From: Dehalococcoidia bacterium
GTDB taxonomy: Bacteria; Chloroflexota; Dehalococcoidia; Plut-88900
NCBI GenBank assembly: GCA_965207225.1
Contig: CBDBLV010000001.1
Coordinates: 1-64,000, forward strand
DNA: 64,000 nt
Direction: 5' to 3'
Shown here: positions 59,230 through 64,000 of the stretch, piece by piece
How the letters are laid out: the number at the start of each line of letters is the position of its first letter
Numbering within the stretch: the stretch's first letter is position 1
Made by a program: the position numbers and the translations under genes
Notes under the pieces: generated by a model
The model's input: the letters and a program-made list of their open reading frames with translations, nothing else
Told to the model about the DNA's origin: nothing
Database searches by the model: none

Positions 59230-60063
59230 ATGTTCGTAAGAAGAGTCGAAGACCTGGCAGGCACCGACAAACAGATGGTCCGAACTGAAGGGGCCACGAG
59301 GTTACAGTCCACCCGACTCCTCACCCAGTCCGACGGCTGCGGCTTCTCCGTCTCTGACGTCCAGGTCTCCGCAGGTTCCACCGCCGACCTCTGGTACAAG
59401 AACCACGTCGAAGGCAACCTCATTATCTCGGGAGAAATGGAACTGACCGACCTTACCAGCGGCCAGAGCTGGGAACTGGGCGCCGGAGACCTCTACGTCG
59501 TCGGTCCCTGGGACCGGCACCGCATCACCACCACTACCGACCTGCATGCGGTCAGCGTTTTCAACCCCGCCACCCTCGGCGGCGAGCGCCACGACGCGGA
59601 CGGCTCCTACCCTCCCACCGGCGACATTCCACCTGCCTGGCAGGGTGAATCGGGCCGCACAATGATCGTAAAGCGACTCTCGGACACCAGGGTCGTCCCC
59701 ATAGGGCATGGCCGCACCAACGCCTACCGCTACCTACTCCATGATGACGAATGTGGCTTCACCATCTCCACCCCCCGGGCCCCGGGAGGCAAAAGCATCG
59801 TTCTCTGGTACCAGAACCACGTCGAGGCCAACTACATCCTGGATGGCGAGGGTGCCGTCGAAGACGTAACCACCGGCGAAAGATGGGACCTCGCTCCCGG
59901 CACCCTATACGTCGTAGGCCCCAAGGACCGCCACTTCATCGAGTCCGAAAACGGCCTGTACGTCATGAGCATCTTCAACCCCCCAATCTACGGCCACGAG
60001 ACCCACGACGAACAGGGCACCTACACACCGTCGGGCCCCATCCCCGAAGCGTGGGAACCCTAA
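59230..60063 (+). CDS. Tandem double EctC protein, paralog 4
   Basis: WYKNHVEGN / WYQNHVEANY; 277 aa. Confidence 0.88.
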   Translation: MFVRRVEDLAGTDKQMVRTEGATRLQSTRLLTQSDGCGFSVSDVQVSAGSTADLWYKNHVEGNLIISGEMELTDLTSGQSWELGAGDLYVVGPWDRHRITTTTDLHAVSVFNPATLGGERHDADGSYPPTGDIPPAWQGESGRTMIVKRLSDTRVVPIGHGRTNAYRYLLHDDECGFTISTPRAPGGKSIVLWYQNHVEANYILDGEGAVEDVTTGERWDLAPGTLYVVGPKDRHFIESENGLYVMSIFNPPIYGHETHDEQGTYTPSGPIPEAWEP

Positions 60064-60308
60064 CCGCAATCCGCTCCCGCCGCCCACTGTCATCCCGATG
60101 CCCCGCGAGGGATCTGGGGTGAGGGTGCTCCCCTTCTCTTTTCTCCCCCTCCCCCCTGATAATTCAATAAAACAGGGCGGGTGGGCGGGACTGCAATTAC
60201 TCCTTAGGGGTTGGGAGGGGCACCCCCTCCCCACATTGCAACCCCACCCCCCATTTGCTAAGCTTTCACCCACTATTTCCCCAAGCCCACCACCCTTGGA
60301 GGGACGCC

Positions 60309-60947
60309 ATGCCCGTATTGCATAAAGACGAAAACATCGAAATCAGGAAGATCGTCACCGGCGACTACGTCAACAACGCCTACCTCGTCGTCTGCCCCAG
60401 GACCAACCAGAGCGTCATGATCGACGCCCCCGCCGAGCCCGAGCGCGTCCTTGAGCAGGCCAAGGACACCAACGTCCAGGCCGTCCTCTTCACCCACACC
60501 CACTTCGACCACATCGACGGCGCCCAGGCCATCAAGGACGCCCTCGGCGTGCCGTTCATTGTCCACCCCGACGACGAGGGTGAGCTTCCCTTCAAAGCTG
60601 ACCAGCACCTCGGAGATGACGGCAGCTACTCCTTCGGCAACATCACCTTCAGGACCATCCACAACCCTGGCCACACGCCCGGGGCAACTTCCCTCGTCTG
60701 GGGCAAGCACCTCTTCAGCGGCGACACCCTGTTCCCCGGCGGCCCCGGCTACACCGAGTCCCCCGAGAACTTCCAGCAGCTCCTCCACCACGTCGACAAT
60801 AAGCTCATCAACCTGGGCGACGATGTCAACATCTACCCGGGCCACGGCGACGAAGGCGTCCTCGGCGAGACCAGGCGCCTCCACGCCGGCTTCAAGTCCC
60901 GCTCCCACCCCGACGACATCCACGGCCACGTCTCCTGGGAAGATTGA
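60309..60947 (+). CDS. MBL-fold metallo-hydrolase (glyoxalase II-like)
   Basis: THTHFDH, PGHTPG, SGDTLF, YPGHG. Confidence 0.92.
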   Translation: MPVLHKDENIEIRKIVTGDYVNNAYLVVCPRTNQSVMIDAPAEPERVLEQAKDTNVQAVLFTHTHFDHIDGAQAIKDALGVPFIVHPDDEGELPFKADQHLGDDGSYSFGNITFRTIHNPGHTPGATSLVWGKHLFSGDTLFPGGPGYTESPENFQQLLHHVDNKLINLGDDVNIYPGHGDEGVLGETRRLHAGFKSRSHPDDIHGHVSWED

Positions 60948-61152
60948 TCTCCTCCTGCTGTCTCCCCTGTCATCCCGATGCCCCGCGAGGGATCTGGGGC
61001 GGGATCCCATCCCCTCTCCCTCCTTCCTCCCGTAGGGGCGACCGGCTGGTCGCCCTCCCCGCAGTGGTCCCGCTCATCGTGAGCGGAGTCGAAGGGTCGA
61101 GCGGAGGGGTGGCCCACGTACACAACCTACCGAGATCCCCGGAGGCCCCTGA

Positions 61153-62460
61153 ATGTCCCTGACTGAAACCCAAACCGTCCCATCCATCGCCGACCAGACC
61201 TACCAAAAGACCACCCTGGACTCCGGCCTGCGGGTCATCACCTGCAACATGCCCCACACCCGATCCGCCACCATGGCCATCCTCGTCGGCACCGGCTCCC
61301 GATACGAGGACGAAGCCCAGGCCGGCATCTCCCACTTCATCGAGCACATCTGCTTCAAGGGCACCGAGAAGCGGCCCCTCCCCCAACAGATCTCCGAGAC
61401 CGTCGAGGGTGTCGGAGGCGCACTCAACGGCTCCACCGACCAGGAGATCACGACCTACTGGGCCAGGGTCGCCCTCCCCCACTTCCCCCAGGCCCTCGAC
61501 CTCCTCGTCGACATGCTCCGCAATTCCCGCTTCGACCCCGAGGACATCGAAAAAGAGCGCCGCGTCATCCTCGAAGAGCTCAACATGGTCAAGGACGCCC
61601 CCAACCAGTGGATCGAAGTCCTCCTTGACCAGCTCGTCTGGCCCGACCACCCCCTCGGCCGCGACATCGGCGGCACCCGGGACTCCATCAACGCCATCAC
61701 CCGCAACCAGCTCCTCGACTACTTCCACGCCCACTACTCCCCCGGCAACACCGTCGTATCCGTCGCCGGTGCAATAGACCACGACGAAGTCGTCGACGCC
61801 CTCGCCTCCCGCCTCGACGACTGGCTCCCGACCGAACCTCGCACCTTCGCCCCCGCACCCGGGCCCCAGGACTCGGCCCGTATGGACCTTGAGTACCGCA
61901 AGATAGAACAGGTCCACCTCAACCTCGCCGTCCGGGGCCTCCCCGTCACCCACCCCGACCGCTACGCCCTCGACCTCCTCAACGTCGTCCTCGGCGATGG
62001 CATGAGCAGCCGACTCTTCGTGGAGCTGCGGGAAAACCGGGGCCTCGCCTACAGCGTCTTCAGCTACAACAACCACTACATCGACTGCGGCGCCCTCTGC
62101 GTAGCCGCCGGCACCGACCCCTCCCGCACCTCCGAAACCCTCGGCGGCATTATGAATGAGCTTCAGAAAATCAAGGACGGCATCACCGAGGCCGAGCTCG
62201 AAAAGTCCAAGGAGCTGGTCAAGGGCCGGCTCCTTCTCCGCACCGAGGACACCCGCAGCGTCGCCGGCTGGTACGGCGCCCAGGAGATCATCACCGGCCA
62301 GGTCCTCATGGTCGACGACGTAGTCCAGCGAGTAGACGCCGTCACCCTCGAAGACACCCGACGCGTAGCCCAGACCCTCCTCACCACAGACAACCTCAAC
62401 CTCGCCGTAGTCGGTCCCACCAGAGCCCGCAAGGGCCTCCAGTCCCTTCTGAAGCTCTAG
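61153..62460 (+). CDS. M16 (pitrilysin-family) peptidase
   Basis: GSRYE, HFIEH inverted zinc motif, SSRLFVELRENRGLAY. Confidence 0.93.
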   Translation: MSLTETQTVPSIADQTYQKTTLDSGLRVITCNMPHTRSATMAILVGTGSRYEDEAQAGISHFIEHICFKGTEKRPLPQQISETVEGVGGALNGSTDQEITTYWARVALPHFPQALDLLVDMLRNSRFDPEDIEKERRVILEELNMVKDAPNQWIEVLLDQLVWPDHPLGRDIGGTRDSINAITRNQLLDYFHAHYSPGNTVVSVAGAIDHDEVVDALASRLDDWLPTEPRTFAPAPGPQDSARMDLEYRKIEQVHLNLAVRGLPVTHPDRYALDLLNVVLGDGMSSRLFVELRENRGLAYSVFSYNNHYIDCGALCVAAGTDPSRTSETLGGIMNELQKIKDGITEAELEKSKELVKGRLLLRTEDTRSVAGWYGAQEIITGQVLMVDDVVQRVDAVTLEDTRRVAQTLLTTDNLNLAVVGPTRARKGLQSLLKL

Positions 62461-63612
62461 CTACAACCCATAAAACCCCATCGGGTTGTCCCACAGCACC
62501 TTCCTCTTCGTCTCCTCGGATATCGACTCCAGCGCCAGGAACTCCTCCGTCGCGTGCGGGTACCCGGCGTCCGGGTGCGGGTAGTCCGACGCCCATAGTA
62601 GCCGGTCGTTCCCGTACATCTCCACGTAGTACTTCACCCCCGGCTCATCCCCCTCCATCGACACGTAGCACTGCTCCATGAAGTACTCGCTGGGCTTCTT
62701 CTTCAGCCACGGCACCTCGTGCCAGCCCCACGCCTCCAGCTCCTCGTCCAGCCTCCACAGCCAGTAGACCAGCCAGCTGCACCCGCACTCCAGGAACGCC
62801 ACCCTCAGCTTCGGATGCCGCTCCAGCACACCCCCGACCACTATGCTCTCGCTCCCCAGCATCTGCTCCAGCGGGTGCGCCGCCATGTGCATCATCACCC
62901 AGTTCCCCAGGAACCGCTGGTCGGCCCCCGGCGGCCCGCCCGCCGTCCCCTCGTGTACCACCAGCGGGATGTCCAGCTCCTCCAGTGTCGAGTACAGCGG
63001 CTCATAGTAGGCGTCGTGCAGGTTCCGACCGTTTATCACGTTCGGCCGGATATACGCCGCTATCATCGAGTTCTCCTTCACCGCCCGACTGATCTCCACC
63101 ACCGACTCCTCAACCCCGTGTATCGGCGTAGCCGCGACTCCCTTCATCCGAGAGCTGTCAGCCGAGCAGAAGTCCGTCAGCCAGTCGTTGTACCCTTTGC
63201 ATATCGCTGCCGACAGCTTCGGGTCCAGCCCGCTGGTCTTCGGCGTCGGAAAGCTCAGTATCGTCGACGAAGGGTACATCGCCGCGATGTCTATCCCCTC
63301 AGTCTCCAGGGCCAGCATCTGCGACTTCGGCCCGAACCCGTCCGCCCGACCCTCGTCATACTTCGCCATCCCCTCGGCGAAGGACTTCCGGGACAACGCC
63401 GCGTTCGGTCGCATCTCGGGCGTGGGATAAATCCGCCCCGGCCCCGACAGCTGTGCTCCCTCCAGCGTCGACCCCGTGAAGTCCGGGAAACTCTCATCGG
63501 GAGGAATCGCCTTCGGCCCCCGGTCCCGGTACTCCGCCGGTATATATTCCACGAACTTCAGGTCCTCCATGATGTGCATATCCGCATCAAAAATCCTGTA
63601 CCCGTTCTTCAT
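62461..63612 (-). CDS. Amidohydrolase-2 family protein
   Basis: DADMHIME, YNDWL, GVLERHPKLRVAFLE, WASDYPHPD. Confidence 0.92.
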   Translation of the reverse strand: MKNGYRIFDADMHIMEDLKFVEYIPAEYRDRGPKAIPPDESFPDFTGSTLEGAQLSGPGRIYPTPEMRPNAALSRKSFAEGMAKYDEGRADGFGPKSQMLALETEGIDIAAMYPSSTILSFPTPKTSGLDPKLSAAICKGYNDWLTDFCSADSSRMKGVAATPIHGVEESVVEISRAVKENSMIAAYIRPNVINGRNLHDAYYEPLYSTLEELDIPLVVHEGTAGGPPGADQRFLGNWVMMHMAAHPLEQMLGSESIVVGGVLERHPKLRVAFLECGCSWLVYWLWRLDEELEAWGWHEVPWLKKKPSEYFMEQCYVSMEGDEPGVKYYVEMYGNDRLLWASDYPHPDAGYPHATEEFLALESISEETKRKVLWDNPMGFYGL

Positions 63613-63889
63613 ACCTGCCCCCTGTTATTTCCTGGTATCTGCACCTGTGCCACCAGCCCCTCCCCCGTCCCCCTATAATATCCCACCTCCCATCATTGTC
63701 ATTCCGGCCTGCGAAGCGGAATCCACCCCTTCTAATTCGTCATTCCCGACCCCGATCGGGAATCCATCCCGAGGGACGGGGCCGGGTGTCCGGCTCCCTT
63801 TCCCCTGTAGGGGCGACCGGCGGGTCGCCCAGGGGCGGGGTTCTCACCACTGTACGCACACCAACAACAAGTGCTAATATAGGCACTTA

Positions 63890-64000
63890 ATGGAAGTCAG
63901 CAGGCGTAAGATCTTGCAAAGGTTGGAGCGCGAGGGCTGGTATTTGGCCCGACACGGCGGGAACCACGATATTTACAAGCACCCTGATCGCAAGGGCAGA
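63890..64000 (+). CDS. hicA: HicA-family toxin (truncated by the window end)
   Basis: MEVSRRKILQRLEREGWYLARHGGNHDIYKHPDRKGR; palindromic operator AAGTGC-N8-GCACTT at 63869-63888. Confidence 0.8.
   Translation, partial: MEVSRRKILQRLEREGWYLARHGGNHDIYKHPDRKGR

Noticed and set aside
2575-63678. Many long antisense and alternative-frame ORFs
   Set aside because: Shadow ORFs expected in high-GC coding DNA; they overlap well-supported genes and lack recognisable motifs

Overview
GC-rich bacterial chromosomal window, most consistent with Chloroflexota/Dehalococcoidia (SAR202-like). That assignment is inferred from gene content and paralog expansions, not from a marker gene. Housekeeping genes include dnaE (split by a 1-nt frameshift), folC, fabF, ogt, nth, argC, tldD/pmbA, tenA and tRNA-Glu(TTC). 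The window also carries a MoxR-DUF58-transglutaminase operon, many catabolic enzymes, two insertion sequences (IS1182 truncating a flavin oxidoreductase; IS481 in the centre of a palindrome), toxin-antitoxin and defence-like genes, and dense families of palindromic repeats. Two observations stand out. First, there are two divergent copies (about 345-955 on the minus strand; about 38413-38960 on the plus strand) of an ORF-less, promoter-preceded, roughly 550-600 nt multi-stem RNA with compensatory changes and a probable pseudoknot. It matches no RNA family I recognise, and both copies are followed by the same palindromic repeat and a segment of the same TTGATTGA-array element. Second, a DoeA/EutD-like hydrolase is followed by four tandem 277-aa double-EctC-domain paralogs, with no ectA/ectB in the window. 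All calls come from reading the sequence; no searches were run.
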